Assembly: GCA_023703535.1 (NCBI GenBank)
Contig: CP097967.1
Coordinates: 92,543 to 156,542 of the forward strand
From: SAR86 cluster bacterium
GTDB lineage: Bacteria > Pseudomonadota > Gammaproteobacteria > Magnimaribacterales > TMED112
Length of the DNA stretch: 64,000 nucleotides
Direction: 5' to 3'
Numbering within the stretch: the stretch's first letter is position 1; every line of letters begins with the position of its first letter. The position numbers were made by a program, and so were the translations under genes. Below, one piece after another: positions 1-9,217 of the stretch. The notes beneath the pieces are model-generated. The model was given only the letters and a program-made list of their open reading frames with translations, ran no database searches and was not told where the DNA came from.

Positions 1-768
1 TTTCGACGCTGAATAAAGTTCACCGGAAGAATTTTTTAGACCCTCTGATGCAATTACTACTGAGAATCCATCTTTATCAACATCATTTGAGATTCCATTG
101 AGAAATTTTGTTTCATCAAAAGGAACTTCAGGCAATAAAATTTTGTGTACGTGACTCCCATTTTGATTAGCCAATTCTCCTGCAGCTGCAATCCAGCCAG
201 CATGTCTTCCCATTACCTCAAGAATGAAAACTTTTGTGGATGTTTTACACATTGACTTGATGTCGAGTGAAGCTTCTTTTGCGGAAATTGCAATATATTT
301 AGCAACAGAACCAAAACCAGGACAATTATCTGTAACTGCAAGATCATTATCTATAGTTTTTGGAATAGCAATAGCACACAAATCAAATTTTAAAATTTGT
401 GCTGCTTGATGTATTTTGAGACAGGTGTCAGCAGAATCATTGCCCCCGTTGTAAAAAAAATAACCAATATTTCTATCTTCAAATTTTTTAAATATTTTTT
501 CATAAAAAGATGAATCAGATTCAGGGTCGGGCAACTTATATCTACAAGAGCCAAACATCCCACCAGGACTTTCTAGTAAAAGATCCAAACTTTTTTGCGT
601 CTTATTCAAATCATAGATTTCATCTTCAATAAGCCCAACAATTCCATTTTTCCCCACAAAAATGTTCGAATTTGAGAAATGTTTTTTAAAACCATTAAAA
701 AGTCCATATGCTGAGCAATTTATTACAGAAGTTACTCCACCAGATTGAGCATAAAATGCATTTTTCAT
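1..768 (-). CDS. pfp: 6-phosphofructokinase, PPi-dependent type (partial; runs off window start)
   Basis: Translated by hand (absent from ORF track): MKNAFYAQSGGVTSVIN... with YNGGNDSAD, PKTIDND and EVMGRHAGW motifs; D in GGND and K in PKTIDND are the PPi-type signature. Confidence 0.88.
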   Translation of the reverse strand, partial: MKNAFYAQSGGVTSVINCSAYGLFNGFKKHFSNSNIFVGKNGIVGLIEDEIYDLNKTQKSLDLLLESPGGMFGSCRYKLPDPESDSSFYEKIFKKFEDRNIGYFFYNGGNDSADTCLKIHQAAQILKFDLCAIAIPKTIDNDLAVTDNCPGFGSVAKYIAISAKEASLDIKSMCKTSTKVFILEVMGRHAGWIAAAGELANQNGSHVHKILLPEVPFDETKFLNGISNDVDKDGFSVVIASEGLKNSSGELYSASK

Positions 769-806
769 GAGACTTATCTTATACTCCATTTAGAGCAACA
801 TAAAGA

Positions 807-2054
807 ATGAAGATTTTTTTTCTAGGTATATCCGGAACTTTTATGGGCAATCTGGCTCAAATTGCAAAGAAAAAAGGTTTTGAAGTTTTTGGAGTAGATC
901 AAAAATTTTACCCACCAATGTCGGATGAGCTTTTAAATGCAGGTATTAAATTTCAAGAAGGCTACGAAGAAAAAAATTTTGTAGATACTGATATTTATGT
1001 AATTGGAAACAGTATATCAAGAGGTAATCCGCTTCTTGAGGTCATCATAAATAAAAATAAAAAAATAATTTCCGCTCCGGATTGGCTCTATCAATATGTT
1101 TTAAAGGAAAAAAAAGTAATTGCTGTTTCAGGTACACATGGTAAGACAACAGTTACCTCAATGATTGCTCATGCTTTTAAAGAAGATGGTAAAAATAATT
1201 TTGGTCATCTCATTGCAGGTGTTCCAGAAGAAATTCATTCTTGGTCCTTGGGCGATGATGACTACTTCGTAATCGAAAGTGATGAATATGATACGGCCTA
1301 TTTCGATAAAGAGCCTAAATTTTTTCACTATAGACCCAACATTTTAATGATTAATAATATTGAATTTGATCATGCAGATATTTATTCATCTCTAGACGAA
1401 ATAGAGAGCAAATTTATAAAGCTTCTTCAGCAAATGAAAAAAAGATCAAAAGCATATATAAATGCAGGCGCTGTCAGGAGTTCGTTTAAAGATAAAGTTC
1501 AGAAATTAGAAACGAATTGTGAGATTGAATTTTTCAATGCTCAGGGAGAAACTATTTCTGAAACAAATACTAATTTAGCATCAAAGATTCTTATAAACTT
1601 TTTTGAAGAAGATACTACAAAAAAATTACTTAAATCTTTTAAAGGCGTTAAAAGAAGATTTCAAATTTTATTTGAGAGCGAAAAAATCATACTCATAAAT
1701 GATTTTGCTCACCATCCAACAGCTATTCAAGGAACTATAGAATTAACTCAAAAAGAATTTGTTGATGCAAAAATCATCCCTATTATTGAATTTGGTTCAA
1801 ATACAATGCGAAATGGCCAGCATGATATTTCTCTTATGGCCATATTGGAAAATTTTAACTGCTATACAATTAATACCTCTGAAAAACAGCAGCAGTTATT
1901 TAAATCGTTTTCTTCAACATTCTCAGAAAATAAGTTTGAAGAAATATTAAACTCCAAAGAAAAAAAAATCGTTGTTTTGATGTGTGGGAATAGAGATTTT
2001 AATGGCTTGCAGATACAATTTTTAAATAAACTAAAATCATTAAAGTCTAAATGA
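807..2054 (+). CDS. mpl: UDP-N-acetylmuramate:L-alanyl-gamma-D-glutamyl-meso-DAP ligase (murein peptide ligase)
   Basis: GISGTFMGNLA, GTHGKTT, ESDEYDTAYFDK, DFAHHPTAI motifs. Confidence 0.92.
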   Translation: MKIFFLGISGTFMGNLAQIAKKKGFEVFGVDQKFYPPMSDELLNAGIKFQEGYEEKNFVDTDIYVIGNSISRGNPLLEVIINKNKKIISAPDWLYQYVLKEKKVIAVSGTHGKTTVTSMIAHAFKEDGKNNFGHLIAGVPEEIHSWSLGDDDYFVIESDEYDTAYFDKEPKFFHYRPNILMINNIEFDHADIYSSLDEIESKFIKLLQQMKKRSKAYINAGAVRSSFKDKVQKLETNCEIEFFNAQGETISETNTNLASKILINFFEEDTTKKLLKSFKGVKRRFQILFESEKIILINDFAHHPTAIQGTIELTQKEFVDAKIIPIIEFGSNTMRNGQHDISLMAILENFNCYTINTSEKQQQLFKSFSSTFSENKFEEILNSKEKKIVVLMCGNRDFNGLQIQFLNKLKSLKSK

Positions 2055-2069
2055 AATAACTAACTATTT

Positions 2070-2411
2070 ATGGTTTATAAAGACAGTTCTGAAAAAATAA
2101 AAAAAATATGTTTAAAAACTTTTGACGAATTAAAAGCGAATGATATTAAAGAACTAAACATAGAAAAAATCTCATCTTTTGCTTCATATTTGCTTATTGC
2201 CACTGGAACATCAAATAGACACATCAAGTCAATTGCAGATAAAGTGGTGGATGATTTAAAGGAGGGTAAAATTGATATTCTTGGTAAAGAAGGCTTTGAA
2301 TCACAGGAATGGGTACTAATTGATGCAGGGGATGTTCTTATAAATGTAATGTCAAAAGACTCACGCGAACATTATGATCTTGAATCACTTTGGACAATGA
2401 TCAAGAAATGA
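2070..2411 (+). CDS. rsfS: Ribosome silencing factor
   Basis: IATGTSNRHIKSIA, WVLIDAGDV, R-x-x-YDLESLW; syntenic with rlmH-mrdA. Confidence 0.93.
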   Translation: MVYKDSSEKIKKICLKTFDELKANDIKELNIEKISSFASYLLIATGTSNRHIKSIADKVVDDLKEGKIDILGKEGFESQEWVLIDAGDVLINVMSKDSREHYDLESLWTMIKK

Positions 2412-2863
2412 AATTAAACCTCCTATACGTAAGTTCACAAAAAAATAAAAGTGCACTTTTTTTGGAAGATGATTTGGTAAAGAGAATTAAAAGTCCGTTG
2501 AAACTAGAGCTAAAGAAAATTTTTTGCAAAACAGAATCTAACAATATTGAGCAACAAAAAAATATTGAATCAGAACAAATAAAAAAATTCCTTAACAAAA
2601 ATAATTTTTTATTTTGTTTTGATAAAAATGGAGATAAATTCAGTTCTGAAAATTTTTCAGACTTACTTTTTAAACAAACTAAAGATATAGATTTTGTAAT
2701 TGGAGGTTCATTTGGAATTAGTAAAAAACTTCTAGACTCTTCAAACAAAGTAATTTCTTTCTCAGATATGGAATTTTCTCATGATATATTCAGGTTAATG
2801 GCAATAGAACAAATATATAGAGCACAGTGTATTTTTAATAATCATCCTTATCATCAAAAATAA
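2408..2863 (+). CDS. rlmH: 23S rRNA (pseudouridine1915-N3)-methyltransferase
   Basis: FVIGGSFG, EQIYRA, NHPYH C-terminus; ATG at 2408 overlaps rsfS TGA. Confidence 0.9.
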   Translation: MKLNLLYVSSQKNKSALFLEDDLVKRIKSPLKLELKKIFCKTESNNIEQQKNIESEQIKKFLNKNNFLFCFDKNGDKFSSENFSDLLFKQTKDIDFVIGGSFGISKKLLDSSNKVISFSDMEFSHDIFRLMAIEQIYRAQCIFNNHPYHQK

Positions 2864-2865
2864 TT

Positions 2866-4647
2866 ATGGATAACAGATCATTTTTTAGAGGAAGAACAAT
2901 TTTTCTAACATTTATTTTTCTTGCACTGATAGTAATCGTTCTTTTCAGATTTTTTTATCTACAAGTAATAAATGGAGATGAACTGAAAGAACTCAGAGAA
3001 AAAAATATTAATACTTTTGAGTATGTATATCCAAAAAGAGGGAGAATTATTTCAAAGGATGGTTTTGTACTTGCCGAAGACAGAAAAATATTTTCGATTG
3101 CAGTAAATTTAAATGTAAAACCAAATGAGCAGGCAATTGAAAAATTAATTTCTATTTTTCCAAATAAAATTGAAAATCAATATGTCAAAGATATTGTTGA
3201 GAAATCTATAAAAACGGGAAATCAAGAGGTTGTAGTTTCAAAATTAAATCAACAAGAATTGTCAAAGTTTTTAGTTAGGAGTAATGAGCTTGAAGGGTTT
3301 TCTGTAATTGAAAATTATGAGCGAATTTATGATCCTCATCCATCAATATTTCATGTTCTTGGCCATATGGGCTACTTATCTGAAAGAGATAAAACTTATT
3401 TCAAATCAAGAATAGATCAATATACACCGTCATTGTGGAGAAGAGTTGGTAAATCAGGAGTCGAAAGGATATATGAAGAGCAATTAAGAGGCAAACATGG
3501 AAAAAGATTTTTTTTAAGAAATGCAAGAGGGCAAAAAAAAGTTGAAATAGGTAAAGAGGATTTTATTGAGGGGAGTGATTTAAATATTTCAATTAATTTT
3601 AATGCCCAAAAAAAGGCATATGATCTATTAAATGGTAGAAAAGGCTCAATTGTAGTTATAGATTTAAGGGATTTTAGTATTCCTGTAGCAGTAAGCGCAC
3701 CATCAATAAGCGCTAATGATTTAAGAGATATCTCTTCAAAAGAGTACCAGGCTTTACTTAATGATACAAAGAGACCACTTTTTAATAGAGCTTTTATGGG
3801 TCTCTATCCCCCAGGCTCAACAATAAAACCATTTTTTACTATTTTTGCTTTAAGCAATTCTTATACAAATTGGCAAGAGCAAATTTATGATGATGGATTT
3901 TTTAGATTTGCGGAGAGCGGTAGGGTTTTCAACGCGTGGCGTGAGGGCGGCCATGGTTTAACTAATTTAAATAAAGCTTTAGTAGAAAGTTCAAATCCAT
4001 TTTTTATGAATCTTGCCACAAGATATGAAAAAGATTCTTTTACAGATTTTTTAGACTCTGGCTCATTCGGTAAAAGGTTATGTATTGATTGTTGGCCACA
4101 CCAGTTCAGCCCTCTGATTTCAGATCAGTGGAAAACAAAAAATTTTGGTTCAAGATTATTTAGAGGTGATTTGGTTAACATGGGAGTAGGTCAGGGGTAT
4201 TTAAGTGTTACGCCATTACATTTAGCTCTAATCTCCGCAATGATTGCTAAAAAGGGAGATTATGAAATTCCATATTTAGTGCAAAAAGAACAAGATATTC
4301 AACAGTTAAATTTTGATTTGACCGAAGAGGATTGGAAACAATTACACGAATCTCTTACCCAGGTAATTTATTCAAGAAATGGGACAGGTATAAGAATTCA
4401 GCCGGGCGACATGAAACTTGCAGGTAAAACTGGTACTGCTCAAGTAAAGAGCATCAACTCAAAAGAGGAATATGATGATTTAAGAGAAAATGAAGAATTT
4501 AGAGATCATGCAATGTTTATCGGATTCGCTCCGTATGACGAACCAAGATATGCAATATCCGTTGTTATTGAGAACGGCGAATGGGGAGGTTCAGTTGCTG
4601 GTCCTGTTGCAAGAGATGTTTTATTAGAGGTATTTGATGCTGATTGA
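2866..4647 (+). CDS. mrdA: Penicillin-binding protein 2
   Basis: N-terminal TM, YPPGSTIK (SxxK), ESSN (SxN), KTGTAQ; precedes rodA. Confidence 0.95.
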   Translation: MDNRSFFRGRTIFLTFIFLALIVIVLFRFFYLQVINGDELKELREKNINTFEYVYPKRGRIISKDGFVLAEDRKIFSIAVNLNVKPNEQAIEKLISIFPNKIENQYVKDIVEKSIKTGNQEVVVSKLNQQELSKFLVRSNELEGFSVIENYERIYDPHPSIFHVLGHMGYLSERDKTYFKSRIDQYTPSLWRRVGKSGVERIYEEQLRGKHGKRFFLRNARGQKKVEIGKEDFIEGSDLNISINFNAQKKAYDLLNGRKGSIVVIDLRDFSIPVAVSAPSISANDLRDISSKEYQALLNDTKRPLFNRAFMGLYPPGSTIKPFFTIFALSNSYTNWQEQIYDDGFFRFAESGRVFNAWREGGHGLTNLNKALVESSNPFFMNLATRYEKDSFTDFLDSGSFGKRLCIDCWPHQFSPLISDQWKTKNFGSRLFRGDLVNMGVGQGYLSVTPLHLALISAMIAKKGDYEIPYLVQKEQDIQQLNFDLTEEDWKQLHESLTQVIYSRNGTGIRIQPGDMKLAGKTGTAQVKSINSKEEYDDLRENEEFRDHAMFIGFAPYDEPRYAISVVIENGEWGGSVAGPVARDVLLEVFDAD

Positions 4648-5716
4648 CCTAAGAAGCTTTCTTATAATTTTTTCTTTATTGGGAATAATTATAGCTGGCT
4701 CTTTAACTGTTTATTCTGTGACATCAATCGATGCTTTTTATTTTATTCGTTTTCTTCTAATTACATTAATTTCAATAATTTTGGTAAGTCTCTTCTTTAA
4801 CTATGTGAATTTGAATCGGGTTTTATCTGCAGGTTGGTTATTGTTAGTTTTAAATTTAGCTTTAGTTTTATCAGTTGAGATTTTTGGAAAAGAAATAAAT
4901 GGTTCAAAAAGATGGTTAGATTTTGGTTTTTTAAGTTTACAGCCTTCAGAATTTATGAAGATATCCTATGCACTATTTGTTATTCAGTACTTAAGATTTT
5001 TCAATTTTAAATTCAATATTTTTAGATCTTTTCTTTTACTTTCTATTTTGTTTATAACAGCTGCTCCCATAATTATTCAACCTGACCTTGGCACAGGGCT
5101 GATATATATTCTCTCAGGATTGATGCTCTTATTTATTTGTGGCATGAGGAGGGTTTATTTCATTTTAATGGGACTATCTGCAATCCTCTTATCTCCAGTA
5201 ATTTATAATTTTTTTCTTACTGATTATCAAAGAGGAAGAATAATAAGTTGGTTTTCAACAAATCAATCTCTTTCAGAAAAATGGAATATTTTACAATCAG
5301 AAATAAGTATTGGTTCTGGTGGGCTTTTTGGTGATGGATTTCTTAATAGCAAACAAAATGAATTTAATTTTCTTCCAGAAGCAGATACAGACTTCATCTT
5401 TTCAATTTTTGCAGAACAGTTTGGATATTTAGGGGTTGTTATAGTCCTATTTCTACTTACCGTGTTTGTGATTCTATCCATGATTGTAGTAATGCAACAA
5501 AAACGGCTTACAACTGATATGTCTCCATATTATCTTGGCACATACTTTACTTTTATTATTGGATTTAGCTTTTTAATGAATGTTCTGATGGTAAGTGGTC
5601 TTATTCCGGTAGTTGGACTACCATTGCCATTTTTCACCAAAGGGGGATCATCTCTATTATGCTTTTCAATAATGTTAGGTTTAATTTTTTCATCAAGAGG
5701 ATTTTTAAGAGGATGA
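4637..5716 (+). CDS. rodA: Rod shape-determining SEDS glycosyltransferase RodA
   Basis: Multi-TM, LQPSEFMK, QPDLGT, PEADTDFIF, GGSSL. Confidence 0.94.
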   Translation: MLIDLRSFLIIFSLLGIIIAGSLTVYSVTSIDAFYFIRFLLITLISIILVSLFFNYVNLNRVLSAGWLLLVLNLALVLSVEIFGKEINGSKRWLDFGFLSLQPSEFMKISYALFVIQYLRFFNFKFNIFRSFLLLSILFITAAPIIIQPDLGTGLIYILSGLMLLFICGMRRVYFILMGLSAILLSPVIYNFFLTDYQRGRIISWFSTNQSLSEKWNILQSEISIGSGGLFGDGFLNSKQNEFNFLPEADTDFIFSIFAEQFGYLGVVIVLFLLTVFVILSMIVVMQQKRLTTDMSPYYLGTYFTFIIGFSFLMNVLMVSGLIPVVGLPLPFFTKGGSSLLCFSIMLGLIFSSRGFLRG

Positions 5717-6702
5717 GATTTTTTCTATTTTTGCTTTTATCACTTTATATTGAATCAAACATTACAGAAAGAGATGATGTTAAGGAATTTATTAAATTTG
5801 CAATTTCTAATTCAGATCTAGATAGGGATGAAGTATTAGCATTTATTAAAGATGCAAAACCTTCAAAAAAAGCTGTTGTTTTAAAAAATAATCAACCAGA
5901 AGTAAAAGCCACTTGGGATTCCTATCGCAATACAAGAGTATCTGCAACAAGAATTATAAATGGATTGAAATTTTTACTTGATCACAAAATATTGCTTGAA
6001 AACGTAGAGAAAGATTTTGGAGTTTCAAAATTTTATATTGTTTCAATAATTGGAATTGAAACAAATTATGGAAGAAATTATGGTTCTTTTAATCCTCTTG
6101 ATGCTATCTTTACAAGAGCATTTGATCCTAAAAGTAAATATTGGCAAAACGAACTTTTAGAACTCTTTAAAATTGCAAAACGATATAATCTTCAACCAAA
6201 AAATATGCGTAGTTCCTGGTCAGGAGCCATGGGACTGGGACAATTCATTCCTTCAAGTTATAACTCTTATGGGGTTGATTACAATTACGATGGAGTAGTT
6301 GATTTGATGGATTCTAGAGAAGACGGAATTGCCAGTGTGGCAAACTACCTAAAGGTTCATGGATGGATCAATGATGCTCGCACAGTTGAAGAAGTTGAAA
6401 TTGAAAATAGAATATCTTCATTATCAGAATTTCAGATTGACGAACTTTTATTACCTTACAGAATAAATAATTTCCGCACAAAAATTTCGGCTGATGAAAT
6501 AAAAAAAGGAGGCTTAAAATTTAATGAAAACTTTTCAGGTAAAATAACGCCGTTATTAATGCATCAAAACGGAAAAACAAGATTATTTCTTGGATTTGAC
6601 AATTTTAGGGTAATAACTAAATATAATCGAAGTAGTAAATATGCATTAGCAGTGCATCAATTGGCTGAAGAAATTGAAAAAAAATATTATGAAACAATTT
6701 AG
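5713..6702 (+). CDS. mltB: Lytic murein transglycosylase B-like
   Basis: IIGIETNYG, GAMGLGQFIPSSY, YNRSSKYALAV; ATG 5713 overlaps rodA stop. Confidence 0.92.
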   Translation: MRFFLFLLLSLYIESNITERDDVKEFIKFAISNSDLDRDEVLAFIKDAKPSKKAVVLKNNQPEVKATWDSYRNTRVSATRIINGLKFLLDHKILLENVEKDFGVSKFYIVSIIGIETNYGRNYGSFNPLDAIFTRAFDPKSKYWQNELLELFKIAKRYNLQPKNMRSSWSGAMGLGQFIPSSYNSYGVDYNYDGVVDLMDSREDGIASVANYLKVHGWINDARTVEEVEIENRISSLSEFQIDELLLPYRINNFRTKISADEIKKGGLKFNENFSGKITPLLMHQNGKTRLFLGFDNFRVITKYNRSSKYALAVHQLAEEIEKKYYETI

Positions 6703-7834
6703 TTTTCTATTGCTTATTTCACTAAGTATCAATTTATTTTCATCACCTATTCCAAAACCACCAGATTTAGGTGTTGGAAGTTATATTTTATATGAACCAA
6801 CTACAGATACTGTTATTGCTTCCTTTAATGAAAATGAATCTGTTGAGGTTGCTAGTCTTACCAAACTGATGACAAGTTATGTAGTTGCTGATCAAATCAA
6901 GCAAGGCTACATATCAATGGAAGATGAGCCGACAATTTCTGTAAAAGCATGGCAAACACCAGGATCACAAATGTTTATAAGAGAGGGAACTAAAGTAAAA
7001 GTTTCAGACTTAGTTAAAGGAATGGTGATAATTTCTGGTAATGATGCAAGTGTAGCTTTAGCCGAACATATAGCAGGAAGTGAAGAAAATTTCGTCTATT
7101 TAATGGATCAATACGCTGTAGATTTAGGTTTGAGTAATTCTGATTTTAATAATTCGAGTGGATTGCCGGATCCAAATAATGTTAGCTCAGCCCTTGATCT
7201 TGCAAAATTAACTGGAGCTATAATTAGAGACTTTCCAGATCATTATCAAATTTATAAGGAAAAAGAATTTTCCTATAGCGCTCCTGGAGAATATGTAGCA
7301 CCTCAACCAAATAGGAATAGATTATTACATTTAGATGATATGTTTGATGGGGTTAAAACAGGTTATACAAGAGCAGCGGGCCATTGTTTGGTTGGTTCAT
7401 CAACCAGAGATGATATGAGATTAATTGCAGTTGTTTTAGGAAGTGGTATTGATAAACGATTTGCTGATGTGAGAGCTTTAGTAGGTTATGGTTATCAATA
7501 TTTTAAAACAAGAGAAATTGTCTCTTCTGGAGATGTGATTGATTCTTTAAGTGTTATAGCTGGAAATAAAGATAGTGTTTCCGTAGGTGTGGATAAAAGT
7601 GTAGTAATGACTTTAAAGAAAAATATTGACTTAGAGTTACAAATATTAGCCCAAGAAAGAATAGTTGCTCCTGTTATTGGAGGAACAACAGCAGGAACAT
7701 TAAAGATCATAGATGAAGATGGCAATATAATTAATGAATCTGAATTAGTTTTTCTTGAAGACGTTGAAAAATTAGGTTTTTTTCAATACTGGTTTGCACT
7801 TATTTGGGATTGGATAAAATCTCTGTTTATCTAA
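6689..7834 (+). CDS. dacA: D-alanyl-D-alanine carboxypeptidase (PBP5/6 family)
   Basis: ASLTKLMT (SxxK), SGNDA (SxN), KTGYT, C-terminal membrane helix. Confidence 0.93.
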   Translation: MKQFSFLLLISLSINLFSSPIPKPPDLGVGSYILYEPTTDTVIASFNENESVEVASLTKLMTSYVVADQIKQGYISMEDEPTISVKAWQTPGSQMFIREGTKVKVSDLVKGMVIISGNDASVALAEHIAGSEENFVYLMDQYAVDLGLSNSDFNNSSGLPDPNNVSSALDLAKLTGAIIRDFPDHYQIYKEKEFSYSAPGEYVAPQPNRNRLLHLDDMFDGVKTGYTRAAGHCLVGSSTRDDMRLIAVVLGSGIDKRFADVRALVGYGYQYFKTREIVSSGDVIDSLSVIAGNKDSVSVGVDKSVVMTLKKNIDLELQILAQERIVAPVIGGTTAGTLKIIDEDGNIINESELVFLEDVEKLGFFQYWFALIWDWIKSLFI

Positions 7835-7835
7835 A

Positions 7836-8837
7836 TTAAACAAATTTAAAAACTACTTCTCTTAAAGAGTCCCATGGACTGCCTTTTAAGAAACCTTTGA
7901 ATTTCTTATCTGACTCATCGAGCAAAGAAAGAGCACTCTGAATTTTCTTTTTAGTAAATCTTTTTGCGATCATGTTATATGGCTGAGAGTCCCAAATTCC
8001 TAATTTTCTTACTGAGCCACTTCTACTTAATATCATATTTATGGCTTGCAAATCTCTATTTAATAACCAAATGAGCAATGGAATAATTCCTGGCTCATTT
8101 TTCTCGTAGTAATTTATGATCTCAATTGCTGAATCTATTTTACTTGCCGACAATTGATTAATTATTAGATTGTGATTTTTAACAGAGTTTTCAGAAAAAA
8201 TATTTTCGATATATTTTGAATCATTAACTATTTTTAATAATTCCATATCATTTAAAAGAAGAGAAAAGTTTCCTTCATATTGACGTTGCTGAATTAGAAT
8301 TTGCTCATCAGTAACAAGCTTTTTTGGAAGAATAAATCTTAAGAAATTAAAAATTTCTGTTGGAGGCGGCTCTGAACAGTTTACAAAAATACCTTTCTTA
8401 AAATTTGTAAGTATTTCCTTTTTTGCTGTTTCTATTTTCAATTCAGTCATTTCTAATACTACTATTACATTTCCAGAAATATTTTTATCCTTTCGTCTAA
8501 TTGTCTCTGCAAAAGGGTTCTTTTCTTCGGTCAAAGTCTTTGATATATACTCAATTTTTTCTTTGACATCCTTGTTGAGACGATTTTTTATAAAATTAAT
8601 AAAAAGTACTTTGCTTGATGAAAACATATCTTGGGAAGCAAGTGATCCATTGAAATTTAGAATAAAATCTTCTTCCTCAATATCAAGTTTAATTTTTTTG
8701 TATTCAGAATCTAAAAAAGAATTCTCAATAATGTGTTCTTTTGACTTAAAAATGCAGGCTGGTTCTTTGCCGTAAATTACGAATAAATTCTCTTCTAAGT
8801 TCTTTTTCTGTAAAAAATCTAGACAACTGATATTCAT
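7836..8837 (-). CDS. holA: DNA polymerase III delta subunit (diverged)
   Basis: YGKEP N-terminal motif, C-terminal KGFLKGSPWDSL; position after leuS-lptE. Confidence 0.8.
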   Translation of the reverse strand: MNISCLDFLQKKNLEENLFVIYGKEPACIFKSKEHIIENSFLDSEYKKIKLDIEEEDFILNFNGSLASQDMFSSSKVLFINFIKNRLNKDVKEKIEYISKTLTEEKNPFAETIRRKDKNISGNVIVVLEMTELKIETAKKEILTNFKKGIFVNCSEPPPTEIFNFLRFILPKKLVTDEQILIQQRQYEGNFSLLLNDMELLKIVNDSKYIENIFSENSVKNHNLIINQLSASKIDSAIEIINYYEKNEPGIIPLLIWLLNRDLQAINMILSRSGSVRKLGIWDSQPYNMIAKRFTKKKIQSALSLLDESDKKFKGFLKGSPWDSLREVVFKFV

Positions 8838-9217
8838 TGTTGAATATTTTTTTTAATTTTCTCGCAGATATCTAGAATCATAAATTCTCTGTATTGTTTC
8901 TCTAATTCAAGTGACATATTTGAAGAAATATAATTTGTTGGACCCATCTGCATTGATTTAATTTTAATTTTTTCGTTTTGAAATTTAATATCTACAGTCA
9001 TTGATGTTTTCGAATTAAACTCCAGCCCCTCTGAATTTATATTATTTGCTAAATTTATTACTTTTAGTCCAGATATCTCTAAATCTTGACCAATATTTGA
9101 AAGGCATCTTTTAAATAAAAATCTATCCTTACCCTCAAATGAACTATCAAAAATTAAATTATTTTTTTCAATTGATGAGCAACTACTAAGAAAAAAAATT
9201 ATAAGAAATCTAATCAT
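8834..9217 (-). CDS. Lipoprotein, probable highly diverged LptE
   Basis: Lipobox LSSC; occupies the lptE slot of the conserved leuS-lptE-holA operon. Confidence 0.55.
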   Translation of the reverse strand: MIRFLIIFFLSSCSSIEKNNLIFDSSFEGKDRFLFKRCLSNIGQDLEISGLKVINLANNINSEGLEFNSKTSMTVDIKFQNEKIKIKSMQMGPTNYISSNMSLELEKQYREFMILDICEKIKKNIQQ

